From NCBI RefSeq assembly GCF_009914755.1, contig NC_060944.1: DNA of 64,000 nucleotides; one strand, given 5' to 3'. The stretch's first letter is position 1; every line of letters begins with the position of its first letter. The DNA is from the human T2T-CHM13v2.0 reference genome, Homo sapiens. This document shows positions 26,520 through 44,230 of this stretch, one piece after another. The notes under the pieces were generated by a model. That model saw nothing but the letters and a program-made list of their open reading frames with translations, searched no databases and had not been told where the DNA came from. A program made the position numbers and the translations under genes.

Positions 26520-27855
26520 GGAATGTATTAATAATGTAATCATAATCATCATTACTGCTACTACCACCACCACAAGAATAACCTGTTGAGTATTTCCCAT
26601 GAATTCTAAGTGTTTCACATACATTATCTCATGTAATCATCACAATGACCCTCCAGGTATTATCATCATTCAAATTTAAGGTCACCCAGCTTGGAAGAGG
26701 TGGATCTAGACCTTGAACCCAAGCCCAAGCCACTGTTTTTGCTTTTAAGGTGCTGACAATACAATAAGGGAGACAAGAGTAACTCATAAGAAGTAGTCTA
26801 CCAGTACTGCAAGACAAAATAATACTAAGTACTAAACTATGTGGTCCTGGAAATAGGTTTTGGAAGAATCATAAGGAAGATCGTTTTCATGAAGGCCACA
26901 TGTAGTCAAGAAAGACACTTGAGTTGTCCGTTAGGGGGATATTAGACTTGTTTTCTACGTGTAGTGGTTATCAGGGTCAGTTCTGCTCTCCCAGCTACAA
27001 CAAACACACAGAACCAAACAGAACTTAGGAAGTCTGGAGAGCCGCAAAGCAAGCAGACACCATTAGACTCTGCGTAGATTTGTTTAGAGTTTGTGGGCAT
27101 TGTTGAGGTCTCTCAGGGTCTGCTGACAGTCCTGTGACCATCTGCCTGGCAGCAAGGACTTCAGTTGTTTGCAATGCTTTGGCCAAGCCGAGAGCACGCG
27201 GATCTGGATGCACAGCTGCTGAGCGTGTGCTGACGGGCCTCAGCTCCTCGAGCGTGTTTGTTCAGACTGGTCTGCCTAAATCCACTCCAAAATTCTTCCG
27301 AGCCAGAAAAGGAGAACATGTGCTTTCTTTTCACATAGTATTTCTGAATGCCCATGAATATAAAAGAGAGAAAACAAAACCAAAAAAGTCTAAGATACAT
27401 GATATTCCCAAACAACAAAAAAGACAGGAAGCTTTCGGAATCAGAAATCTGGCCCTTTCTTAAGGGAATTCCCTGTTGGTTTGGAGACCATGCTGGTTGT
27501 TAGAAAATTTAGATAAGGAACAATTTTATTTCTTTGCAGCACAGTTCAACCATTATTTTCTGAGTACCAATTGTGTGCAAGGTCCTGTGTCAGATTCTAG
27601 AGCAAGATGCTAATGGATGCAAAGACAAGCAAGACCATCAGGAAACTTTTTGGCAGAAGAAGCAATAAAGACTTCACTGAGACCAGGACAAGAGGGTGAT
27701 TTGGAGCACTGCTAAGATGACTGTTTCCTTCTTTGTTTTTCCCCCGCCCCGGGTAATGAGCACATATTGCAGAAAGAACTTTACATAAAAGTTGAAAACG
27801 TATCTATGTGAAAAAACAAAATAAGGGAAGGCATTATAGCATGGTAACAGGGAAC

Positions 27856-28162
<307 letters not shown>

Positions 28163-28189
28163 GTAAGAACATTTATTTGGAAAGCAGCT

Positions 28190-28380
28190 TTATGCAAGCT
28201 CAAGGTCAAGCTCTCCCTCTTGCTAAGTGTGTGACTTTTAGTAAGTTATTTATCACCCTGTGTCTCAGTTTCCTCGTGTCTAAGATGGGCATGATAATAC
28301 CCCAACCTCACAGGACTGAGACAATGCAAGAAAAGCACTGAGCACAGTGCCTTGCACGTAACAAGTGCTCCGTCAATTTT
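28190..28380 (+). mobile_element. MIR
   Basis: gtgtgacttt...ctcagtttcctcgtgtctaagatggg...agcacagtgcct. Confidence 0.75.
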
Positions 28381-28588
28381 TCTTTTCAATGATAGCAATA
28401 ATGATAACATATTGTTATGATCATCAGGCGTAGTGCAGTATCTGGAATAGAGTGAGCACTCAGTGATGGTTTCTATGGCTGGGCTGTTTTTTGTGCTTCC
28501 ACTGTTGAAGTATTTAACACAGTATCTGGCAACACCTGGTGACTCAAAGAGCAAGCTATGATGGTTCCAAAGCTGGGGCTCAGGGTGA

Positions 28589-29232
<644 letters not shown>

Positions 29233-29471
29233 TAGCAATTCTGTGTGATTCCAGGATAAGCCTCATGCTTTTTTTGGAATTCCATCTTCTTGCTCCCATT
29301 GTCCTCCTTGTCTCTTTCATATGAATGTTTTCTATATTTCAAAGCCCTGCTCAAACACCACCTCCTCCAGAAAGGCTCCTGGTATCCTCTTTCTTTTCTA
29401 ACCTAGAAAAGAGTATGCCCTCCTCTGGGCACCTCCAGAATATTCTCTCACGTCTTATATGACATGTGTCA

Positions 29472-29864
<393 letters not shown>

Positions 29865-29986
29865 TCAAACCAGTTTAAGCACAGAGGGATTTTACTGGCT
29901 CCTGGGAAGGTCAAGGGTGCAACAGATTCAGGCAATGCTAGATCCAGTGCTTAAGTGGTGTCACTGGAAATCTGGCCTTCTCCACC

Positions 29987-31327
<1,341 letters not shown>

Positions 31328-32989
31328 TTAGGGCTGTCGCCTGAAGGAAACAACAATTATTTATGGCAGTTATACAGTTCCTGCCTGTTCATTTCTTGGT
31401 AATTCATAGTGCCTAGCATTTTGTTCATCATAAAGTACATGCTCAACAAAATTATCAAATAAATGAATAAACAAAGAGTATGACTTTAAAATGTACCTAC
31501 TGACTTTGCACATGTCTTCCTCTGACACTCACAGTTATACTGTATTTGGCCAAGCAGAGATCACACATCATTTTGAGTATTTCTCCAGCTCTTTTAGGGA
31601 GTATCTTAGGAAACCAGACATCACAAATCCTTCCATCTGGAGTCAGTAATAATGCAGAAGATACTAATGTTTAATAATCCAAAGTGCCTAGCTCACTATT
31701 AAAAAAAAAATTTTTAACCTAATAAGAGAGAATTGGCCGTGACCAAGTCCTTGACCTGTCTGTTGGAATCCTCCCTTTCTAGCCATTTCTGGTCATGAAA
31801 ATTGGGCAGGATTTCTGGCATCCTTTATGCTTCTTTGTTATTAAAAGCAGGATCAGTTAATAAATAATTATGATGCTCAGTTTCTAGGGAACAAGGAGAT
31901 AAGGACAGGAACACTTGAGTCTCACAAATTACATGCTATAGTATAGATTCTCACCCAGAGTGAAGAATAGCCTAGCTTTTTTTTTCCCTGTGGCATAAAT
32001 TGTTCTAATTATACGTGCAAGATCCTCTATTCCCAAAGATATGAGTTGGAAGCGCTGTGTCTGTTCTTTTAATTCCAAGAAGACTTTGCAGTTGGGTGTT
32101 TCCACCCCCCTTGTTTTCAAACTGAATTGTTTCAGTGGTAGCTTGGTGTGTCAGCTTGTAAGTCTATAAAACAGTTTTATACCAGCTGGAGATTCAACAT
32201 GCTACATGAATACATAACAGTGCCTAACCAAGAAGGTTTGTAATTCAGTAATTAGCTGTAATTAATGAACACAAAGTGAAGACTCATTTACAGTTTAAAT
32301 TATCACATTAGCTCCTGTCACCCTCTATGTACACAAAACAGCAGGAATTCAATTATTTTTATTCTTCAAAGCTAATTTAAAATTTAAGGGATGCCATTAC
32401 ATGAAATAATAGGTAGGAAATGTAATCGAAATCACTGGGAACAGTTGGCCGTCCTTAGAATTAAAAAAAAAAAAATGTGATCACTGACGATTTGGAAATG
32501 TTTTTTCATCTGTGAACAGATGAAGGATTGAAATCTCTGCTCTTTTCAGTATATTTAATTTAAAAGGAGAAGCGAGTTTGGTGGTTGCGGGATCTTCACG
32601 CAGGGAGAATCATGGTGCGTAATTGTAAAAGCAGCTGATAACTGATAATGCTGTTGATAGTAACAAGAGGGCAGCCTGGGAGACACACATTCCATTATCC
32701 CTAATGGAGCTGAGCCTTCTGCAATTGCAGGGGGTTCCTGGAATTGTCACCCATTTCTGATGCATCATTTCAGCTTGGGAGACCTTACGTCATTGTCACA
32801 TTTCTGTCGTCCTTAATTCTTTGTTCGTATCTATGATAAATATTCTTTCATTCATTCATCAAACATTGACAGAGCACCTCCTCAGGCTCAGGCATTGTTC
32901 TAAGTTCCAGGACCACAGCAGTGGGGAAGACAGGCCACATTCCTGATCTCGTGGAGCCAACACTCCAGTGGGGAGAAACGGACAATAGC

Positions 32990-33312
32990 CAGGGGTTCTC
33001 AAGTTTGGCTGTGCCGTAGAGTTGGGGAGGAAGCTTTAAAAATACATGTGTATCAATGCCTGGTCCCAACCTCAATTGATTGAATCAAATTATTCTCACT
33101 CCTTTCTTTCATTACAACTCTTTAAGTATGCAAACACTTTCTTAGCTCAAGAGCTGCACAAAAACAAGCTGTGAACTACATTTGACCCACTCAAGCCACG
33201 TTGGGAAAAAACAAGACCAGCAAGTGCAAAGGCCCTGAGGCAGGTTTGGGCATCAGTGTTTTTAGCAGCTTTCTAGGTGACTCACATGGTCAACCAGGGC
33301 TGAGAACCATTG
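32990..33312. mobile_element. MER5-like MITE split by a ~140-150 bp insertion
   Basis: caggggttctcaa...tgaatca | gggcatcagt...aggtgactc...ctgagaaccattg. Confidence 0.7.
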
Positions 33313-33517
33313 TCACAGACTAACAAATACAACAAATACATGTTTATTGGTGATGAGTGCTGCAATAAAAATTAAGCAATTGAGTGTAGAAGGTAACTAC
33401 AGGCTGCTCTGGATTGGGTGTTCCCCAATTTCTTAGGGAGGTGGCATGGGAGACCTGAGTGGTGAGAAGCCAATCTTGAGAAGATCTGGAAAGTTGTTCT
33501 ATCTCAGCCATCAGTAA

Positions 33518-33926
<409 letters not shown>

Positions 33927-33929
33927 TCG

Positions 33930-34222
33930 TATTTTATTTTTGAGATGGAGTCTCGCTCTGTCACCCAGGCTGGAGTGTAGTAGTGCGATCTCAGCTCACT
34001 GCAACCCCTGCCTCCCAAGTTCAAGCAATTTTTGTGCCTCAGCCTCCGAGTAGCTGGGATTACAGGCATGTGCCACCTTGCCTGGCTAATTTTTGTATTT
34101 TCAATAGAGGCAGGGTTTTGCCATGTTGGCCAGGCTAGTCTTGAACTCCTGACCTCAAATGATCCACCCGCCTCAGCCTCCCAAAGTGCTGGTGTTACAG
34201 GCGTGAGCCATCACTCCCAGCC
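33930..34222 (-). mobile_element. AluS
   Basis: outer TSD CATTATAACCCTT brackets both Alus. Confidence 0.93.
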
Positions 34223-37200
34223 TTTTCATTATAACCCTTTAAATGTGCAAACATTCTCTCCACTCGAGGGCTGTGCAGAAACAAATTGCAAGCCGAATTT
34301 GACCTATCCAAGCCATATTCTAAAGAAAAGGATCAGCAGGTGCAAAGCTCCTGAGGCAGGCATGAGTTGAGTGTGTTGGGTTGGGCAGAAAGAATGCCTG
34401 CGTAGGTGGGGCTTAGCTGGTAAGAAGGAGTAGATGAGGTTAGAGGAATGAGCAGGAATTTAGATTTTATTTTGTATTTGTTGAAAATATAAAGGAAGAT
34501 TTTAAGCAGGGAATGTATGAGTGTGTGTACGTGTGTGTAAAGGAGACAGTTCTGTACCCATACTCTCCACAGTATGTTTCCCTGCAACCGCCACTAATCT
34601 CCTTCCATGCCAGTTCCAGGAAGAAAAGGAAAAGCAAACCCCATGTCAAAAGAATGCTGTGTCTGTTGCTTTGGACTTCTCTTTTCTGCACTTTCCCCCT
34701 CCTCTTCCCATATTCATTTTTCTTTTTCCTTTAAATAGGCCACTCGAAGCTGCACTGTCTAATTTTTCATAGGTGATCGACTGCTGAGCGGGGGCTTAGG
34801 TAGACAGAGGGAAGGTGCTGATAAGCCAGTGCACGGATTCTATTAGGGAAATGCGGTGGTAATTAATGAATCCTGCCAGTAATTGGGAAGGTGTGAGTCC
34901 CCGTAATATCGTAATGATAGTCATCTGTCTGCGAACCCCCCATCACTCTGAGAGATCGCTCATCGCTCTGTGATCTCAGACTCTTAGCCATGCAAATCTC
35001 CCTGACAGGACGCTATGTCTCTGTCTCCCTAATTGGGCATTCTAGAGTTGTTTATGGATATTGCCGGCATTTAGGCCTCAGTTGGAGGTTGTTCAAAAAG
35101 CGTTAGCAAACTTGCCTTAACAACATTGTCAAATATGTATTCCCCCGTTTCGATATCTGTTTTTAAGCCGGCAGAGGTTTGTGATGAAATTAAGTGATGC
35201 ATTGTGTGCACTTGAGCTCTGGGCGTGATTGTTATTAAACCGTTTTTGAAGTAAAAACCAATTTGCAGTAATATCTCATCCCGCTTAAGATCAAACTTCA
35301 GTTTGTGTGCAGGAACTGGATGCTTTTTTAATAGCATGTCCTCGTTTCTATAGAGAACATTGAGTATGTTAATGCCATCCCAAGACACAACCATTTGCAA
35401 AAATTACAGTTTTGCATTGAGACTGGTTTCTAAACATCCATCACCATTTAATTCCAAAGAAGCGTCTTTACTGGAAGCACTTGCCACATTTTCTTGCCAG
35501 TATTTTTTTTTCTGCATACAAGTGGTCACCCTCTTGTCTTCCCCCAACTGGTGTGATCAATTGCTTGAAATGCCATGAAATATATATATTTTAAAAGCCT
35601 TTATAACTCTGATAAGTGAGCTTAATATTTCTGCCATGATGTTTAAGAGGGATCTTTTAAATATTTAGAAAACATGGGAAGTACCGTTTTAATGTATAAT
35701 CAACACACTTTAAAATATTCAAATATGAACTGGGACAGTTTAGACTGCATCTTGATCAACTCTAAATAGGAGAAAAATTCAAGAAATTCTGGCCTCCATT
35801 TTCTTCCACATGAAGGAAGAAAGAGATGTCCATGCAAAGGGCAACATAGATTTAGAATCCTTTAACCCCGATTCTTCCATCCATGAGCCCTGGGTGGCCT
35901 TGATTAAGCTACCTAGCCTCTCCGATCTTCAGGTATCATCTGTCTCACCCATGCTCAAATGTCATTCTAAGGCTTAAAGCAAGTTAATGGCTGTGAATGT
36001 ACATCATTTCCATGAGGGAAGGGGCTTGGCAGTCACACCCAAGTAGCTCTGCTGGGAGAACTTGAACAAATCACTGAATGCCCTCTGAGCCATAGTTTCT
36101 GCATCCGTAAAATGAGCCAGTTATACACACTTTGTAGGGTAGGTCTGAGGAGCAGAGATAATTAGTTGAAAGTACCCATGAAGCTGGAGACCCAGAAGTC
36201 TCTCCACCAATGGTGGCTACTGCCTGTTGAAACCCGTGGAGAGCTAGGCCTGGTGTGTTCCAAGGGCATTCGCAGAGTGGATGGGGGAACCAAGGCACCA
36301 TCAACACTGAAGAGAGGTTTGGAGAGAGGGAACGCGTCCCTGGGAATCGTCTCTCTAGAGTTTAAGTATGGTGGCCAGCCATCATCGTTTTCCCGGGACT
36401 GAGGCATTTCCCAGGACAAGGGACTAAAACCAGGATGAGAAGTCACCCTATGTTTGAACAAATCTCCTCTTCAGCCCAAGAAATGGACAGGTCATGGTTC
36501 ACTGAAGCCCCAGTTTCCCTGAGAACCTTCTCCATCTTCCATTCTGAGCTCTGTTTGCTGATTAGTCGTGGTTCTCTGTCGCACATTCTAGCATATTCTG
36601 GAAACTCTCAAGAAACAAAAGTTGCTGCCAGACAATGCTCTCCCTCCACACACGGCTCCATCTCAACTCCACGGACACTAGTGAGAGAGCCACTGGTGGC
36701 TACCCCTTTCCCAACTGTGTCTCTATTAGGTGAGTGCCGGGGACAGGGGAGGAGTGGGCACCGAGGGAACAGGCAAGAAAAGGAGAGAGTGAGTCCTCCA
36801 GTGCCGGTACTGCAGTGTGCTGGGAATCACCAGGAAGGGATTGAGAGAGGCCCACACATGTGGGAGGGGAGCTAGGGAAATCAATTTGGCAGGAGTTAAT
36901 CACGAGAGCCCTGTCAGCATTTCAAGGACAGGCTTGTGTTTTCCTGTTCATCCGTAAGTAAACACTGAAAGCCTCCTCAACTGTGCAAACCCGCTGAGTC
37001 TTTTCTCCGTGGACATTCTAGCCCGGGAAGTTTCTAGGGTATGTCAAAGTGTCCACAAGCCCTGTAACCTTTGGTGTGTAAATCACAAACCTCCCAGGGT
37101 GGTCTGCTTGGACAGCTAGGACTTTCCTACCAAAGTCTTCATTCATCCCAAGTGGCCAACCAGCTGGAGCATCTTTAAATTAAAGGTTTTATTTTGCCAC

Positions 37201-38349
37201 TTGGCCCCCCAGCCCAACCCCTGGCTCCTTTTTCTATTCTAAATCACTGTCCCTTGCTCCTCCAAGCTCTGAATGAATTGCATGTAACGAACATGTCTGC
37301 TGGTAGGCCTCTGTCATGAGCATTGAGGCCGATGTGGTTCAGTAACCTGATGCCTCAAACTTGAATAAAACACATGCCAGGGCCTCCCATCCTTGAATGT
37401 GAATGTGCTGGCATTTCACATTATTAAAAAAATAAAGGCAGGAGGGATGAGAGGGAGAAACTTGAAGTGTAAGGAACTTTTCTGAATGCAGCAGCTACCA
37501 ATCCTGGATGCAAACTGCTGTGCAGAATAATTGTCAAATGCTTGCATAAACACATAAATAAGATAAATTTATTTTCATTATTCATATTGGGTGCTCTTTC
37601 CTTCCACTTATTTATGCTTTAAACAACAGTTACGGTAAATATAACGATAGAAAAGTGCCTACAGTGGACAGGAAGATGATCAAGAAGTCCTGATATACAG
37701 CAATCCACGTTGCTTCTTTACAATCACTAACGAATCTTAACTGGAGCCATGTTCCGTTCCCATGTGAGTGATAAGCAATGATTTATTATGAAGTGTCATG
37801 AAACCGGAATGCCATACAGTGAGCCATGAGCTAGTGGAAAATGTTTTCCCTGTTTCCCAACCTCATTACTCAAAGATGCAGTGTCCCTTTACCAAGCCTA
37901 ATTTAACTGACTTTTTTGAGCACTCTACTCATTGGCAATGGAAAGTGGCCAATTCGAAGATGTCCAGGAAAGCCTGGTACCCAATGCCACAGCACTGGTC
38001 CATATGGTGTCTGAGCTGGCCGACAATGCTGGAACTGTGCAAACTGGCCAGTCTCCAGAAGTACAATCCCAAGAATCAGCTCAGCTCTCTGCCAAAGCAG
38101 CAAAGACACTAATGCACTCAGGAAATGAAACCCACCAGGGGAGAGGGAACCCAAAGAGCAACTTTGTTAGCTTTGGACCTTGTATTATCTATATGTCATG
38201 CCATTGTCCTACTTGGAACACGTGCCTTGATCATGTAAGATGTATCCAAGGGTACAAGGGAGCCAGCTGAGCCTAGAGGAAGACCACAGGCCTCAGAGGC
38301 AAGCCAAACCTGGTTTGGTCCCACCTCTTCCACTTACCTCCACAACCGC

Positions 38350-38590
38350 TGTGGTAGATGCACCAACAACCCCAGTACTTTACCCGCTCTGTATTCATGC
38401 CCTTGATCATGTCACTGTGTGGTGTCCTCTCGTTTGGATTCTAGGCTCAGCTATGTGACTTGCTTTCTCCAAGCAGATGTGATGCAGGCAGTGGCTTGAA
38501 AAGAGCTTGAACCTCTGCCATTGTTATTACAACATACACAGACTAGCCTGCTGGAGGATGAAAGAGCTATCCCTCCAGTTGTCCCATCCT
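38350..38590 (+). mobile_element. MLT1 LTR fragment
   Basis: tgtggtaga...ctatgtgacttgcttt...ggcttgaaaagagctt...ctagcctgctggaggatga. Confidence 0.6.
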
Positions 38591-38622
38591 TGAAACAGGA
38601 AGTGAATAGAAGGTCAGCTTTT

Positions 38623-38950
38623 GGCCAGGCGCGGTGACTTACGCCTGTAATCCCAGCACTTTGGGAGGCCGAGGCGGGCAGATCAAGAGGTCAGGAGATT
38701 GAGACCATCCTGGCTAACACGGTGAAACCCCGTCTCTACTAAAAATACAAAAAAAAAAAAAAAACTAGCCGGGTGTGGTGGCAGGTACCTGTAGTCCGTC
38801 CCAGCTACTCGGGAGGCTGAGGCAGGAGAATGGCGTGAACCCAGGCGGCAGAGCTTGCAGTGAGTCAAGATCGCACCACTGCACTCCAGTCTGGGTGACA
38901 GAGCGAGACTCTGTCGCAAAAAAAAAAAAAAAAGAGAGAGAAGGAAAAAC
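38623..38950 (+). mobile_element. AluY
   Basis: AluY diagnostics; TSD AAGGTCAGCTTTT. Confidence 0.96.
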
Positions 38951-40074
38951 AAGGTCAGCTTTTTCACTCTTCTCTACTTCCTCCTTTTTTACACCTCCTT
39001 TTCCTTGGATGGGTGTTGGTGGAAAGAAGGACATGAATTCATAAATTCTCATATTGATGAAATGCTACTGCAATCATCTCTTGCCAGTGGATGCCCCTGG
39101 TAAGGCAGGTATCCAGGGACTGACTCTCTAGTGGGGGCACAAATGGGGTCTACAGAAGTCCCAGCTCCTAACATGGGAGATGAGTTCCATTCAGGAAGAC
39201 TTCTAACTTCTAACCTAAACAGCTGCCCCACTCATGGTTCACCCTTCACTCTCTTGCCCCTAAGAGCCTTCCTCCCCTCTAGGGCTGGACCCCATAAGCA
39301 AAAAGACAGCTCTTGACCTAGTGGAAACTTACACATTTTTTTTCTTGCCACAGCATGGAGCATGTAGGAAGCTCAACTGCTTTCCCTTTTTCACTCCATC
39401 ACCTTCCTCCAATAGCCTTTGCTCCTTCTCAATAGTCACAGAATATAGATCAGAGACTGCTGCATAAGCATAACCCAACAGGAAATTAGATGCCAATCTC
39501 CTCTTCTTGCTGGAACTCAATCCCTTCAAGTGTTTTTGTAGGACCACTCACCGGACTTCAGTGTTCCCCCTCCAAGAATTCCTCCACGAATTCCTCCAGT
39601 CTTTTCCTAAACAGGCTGGTGCAAGAAGGAGAAACTGATTAGTGGCCTGTTCTTCTGCCACTTAATAAATCCCATGGAAATGTGTCTGATTGCTCTCCCT
39701 TCCCTTTTTTACACCTTTTATTTTGAAATACTTTTAGACTTCAAGATAGTTGCAAAAAATCGCAGTTTATGCATACCCTTAACCCAACTTCCCCTAATGT
39801 CTTGCCTAAGCATGGTACAATTATCACAAGCAGGAAATTAACACTGGCTCAATACTAGTCACCAAACCACAGATCTTATCTGAATTTTATCCAAACGTCC
39901 TTACGCTGTTTCAGGACCTAACTTGGGCTCTTACATTGGATTTAGTTCTTGTGTGTCCTTCCCTTTCCATCTGTGACTGTCCCTCAATCATTCCATGTCT
40001 TTTATGAGCTTGACACTTCTGATAAACACTGGTTGGTGATTTTGTGAAATGTCTCCCACTTTGGGTTTATCTGA

Positions 40075-40920
<846 letters not shown>

Positions 40921-42860
40921 ATATCAGGAGTTTCTTGATGTTGATTTATCTTATTACTGGTGATGTGAACTTTGATCACGTGGTTAAGGTGGTGTCTGAC
41001 AGCTTCTGTTAAGTAGGAGGCATACAGCTCCTTTAGTCCTTAACTTTGTGTCATTCCCCAAAATGTCATGAAACAAGAAGGTTTAACTCAGTATCCTGTT
41101 ACCCTAGCTGTGTGATTTGGGGCATATAATTTGATGTTTCTCTGGACCACATATTTCTCTTCTGGAAAAGGAGACTAAAAATAACCACCTTTCAAGATTG
41201 TTGTAAAGATTAGTGATCATCCAGGCAAGATGACAGATGGCCTGGTAAACCCTCAAAAAATGGATACAAAGAACATCTTGAGTAATTTGCACACATTATC
41301 ACCAACTCTCCCACACACAAAAAAAAGATGTATATAATCATCACCTATTTTTAGAAAAGAAACCTGGAACTTGAGGCTATGTGACTCCTCCAGTCATGTC
41401 CCTCCCCTGTATCAGAGTCTCTAATGACTCATCACCCCCCAACACTTTACTGTGGTCCTTCCCAGATCACTCCAGATTACCCTTTTAATATTAGTAACCA
41501 CTCTTAACCCCTGGAAGGTATGATTAACATGTGGTCCCTGGAGTCAGAGAGCCCTAGGTTCAAACCATACCTGGGATATTTTGTGCCTGTTCTTTAGATT
41601 CTCTTCTCCTTTCCAAAGTTTCTAACTCATTGGGTTGTTGTGAGAATTAAATAAGTAAATAAAAGTTTTCAGCATAGTGAATAGCAAGTAGTAAGCACAC
41701 AATAATTATATATGAAATGGGTGGTAATTACCATTTACTCATTCAACAAATATTTATGAGGCACCCACTATGTGTCAGGCACCGTTGAAGGCTGTCAACA
41801 GTGACTGAACAAGGCAAGAAATGTCCGTGTCCTCATTGAGTTTATGTTACAGTGGGTAAGATAGACAAATAAGTAAACAAGTAAGTAATATACTACCACA
41901 TCTCTTAAGCAATGTGTTGGTTAAATGAACTCACCAACTATTCCCCAAACAAGACTGTATCCTTCTGCCTGGCTGTTCTTTCCACACAGAGGACTACCTG
42001 TTCCATCTTCACATATTAAAATCCTACCCCCTTCTTCAAGGCTTAGCTCAGCCTCCATCAGTTAATTATTCATTTATTGATTCTTTAATTAGACTGACTA
42101 CTATCTTATGGGTCTGCTTCTCCCACCATTAAGAGTGTCCCAATGCTATTATTTATGTACACATTAATCACCACCCCCATGAGCCTCCAGAGCACCATTT
42201 ACTTCCCTTTGGCAACATTGATCTACTTTTTGTTATGTGCTTTGCATTCTACTTTCTTCACCAGATTTTAAGTTTGTTCTCTAAGGTCAGAGACCACATC
42301 TAGCTAATACACTTACTGGGTGGGACCCTCTTAATGGGCCTAGGGCCTGATATGTATAGGTGCTCAAATGTTTATTGATTGAAGAAATACATCAATGAAT
42401 GAACATATCTTAACCTTCTTGCTGAATTGTGATTCATAGAAGGCACTGGCTATGCCTTACTCATTTAATATTTGTTTAAATGAACTGAGACACAGTAGTA
42501 TTGAACATATTTGCTCCACTAATTATTTTGCTTGTGCTTTTGGCCTGGTCTCTCTTTTGATGTCCCCATCTCCCCCTCTTTAAAATACATCCTTCCATCC
42601 TTAGATAGTTTTTTGCTACATTGCAAGAATTATGTGATGGTAAAAGAAAGAATATGTGTAAAGCATTTTGATTGCTTTGGCAATGAGGTGCTCCAAAAAT
42701 CTCAGGGATCACTTTTTGTTGCCAGTATATAGTCCCTAACTTTTCTTGAACTCATGCAGGATCCACAAGAATGAGCCATTTGCCTTTATTCTATTATTGT
42801 TTATGATTTCATAAGGCATTATCACTAATTTTACTGTGAAGAAGACTCTAAAGACCACTA

Positions 42861-43156
42861 TTTTTTTGAAGCAGGGCCTTGCTCTGTCACCCAAGCTCCA
42901 GGATGGAGTGCAGTGGAACAAACATGGCTCACTTCAGAGTCCACCTTCTATGCTCAAGCAGTCTTCTCGCCTCAGCCTCCTGAGTAGCTGGGATTACAGG
43001 CATGTGCCACCATACCTGGCTTTTTGTTTGTTTGTTTTGAGACAAGGTCTCCCCATGTTGCCCAGGCTGGTCTTGAACTCCTGTGCTCAACCAATTCTCC
43101 TGCCTTGGCCTCTCAAAGTGCTGGGATTACAGTCATGTAATCCACCACTCCTGGCC
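42861..43156 (-). mobile_element. AluJ
   Basis: diverged antisense dimer. Confidence 0.9.
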
Positions 43157-43769
43157 CACATTTTTCTTTCTAGTACCTATGCAGGCTGCCAGGAAAAGAA
43201 AAACAAAAGGTGCCAAGTAGTGGCTTTAAGGATTTATTTAGTTTCCTCTTTACAGTGTCCACTTTTCTCTACTTAATACTACTTTCCAGTCTCAGAAGCC
43301 CAGAGGGAAAAAAAAAAGACCATGAATCTTCCTCTCCCAGATTAAAGTACACACTTTGGAAAACAGATTGGAAAACCTTTCTGAAAAAAGTTGACTGAAA
43401 CTCCAAACCAACATGCCATATTGTTGATGTTGCTCATGAAAATTGTTAAAAACCTGTTCTAGATAAAGAACAGTCTCAAGTTTTTGTACAGCCTACACAT
43501 AGTACAAGGGTCCCCTATGATGATTCTTCTGTAGGACGAAATAATGTAATTTTTTCAGTTTCTGGTTTATAACTCTCTCGATCTCAAAGTTGACTGATTA
43601 AAACACCTACTCATGCAACAGAGAATAAAGCACTCATATTTTTATAAATTATATGGACCAAACTATTTTGGAAATCTTATCTATTGGAGACACAATATGC
43701 TGGACTAAAGCAATAATTATTTTATTCTCAATGTCTGTGCTAACCTCAATGACTTAGAATGCTTTGCTA

Positions 43770-44230
43770 TATTTTGCCTCTATGCCTCAACCACACTGGC
43801 TTTCTTTTAGCTCTTGAACAAGCCAAACTGCTTCCTGCCTCAGGACCAGATATTTTGGGACTTCTCTTAAGAATTCTATTTCCTTAATTCTTTATCTGGG
43901 TAACTTAGTTTTATCCAACACTTCAGATCCTGCCTTAAAAACTCTTCTTATAGAAGCCTGTCATGACACTGTCTCTCTTCTCCAACATACTCACCAGCAC
44001 ACATGTAGACTAGATTAGAACCTCCTGTTTTTCTTTTTCATACTTTTCTCTATCATGCTTCCCTCCATTATAATATTTTTATTATGTGTGTGAATGTCTG
44101 CCCCAAGTCAGTTTCCTCACTAAACTATAAACTCCGTAAAGCTGGGATCCTTCCAATTTTGATCACCACTTAGTACAGTAGGAACACAGTAAAGATTCAA
44201 TTGGTATTTGTGGAATGAATGAATGAATTG
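43770..44230 (+). mobile_element. L2 3' fragment
   Basis: ccacactggc...cctgcctcagg...gaatgaatgaatgaat end. Confidence 0.7.

Noticed and set aside
36435-36875. 146-aa ORF in unique DNA
   Set aside because: No recognisable homology or exon structure; compatible with chance
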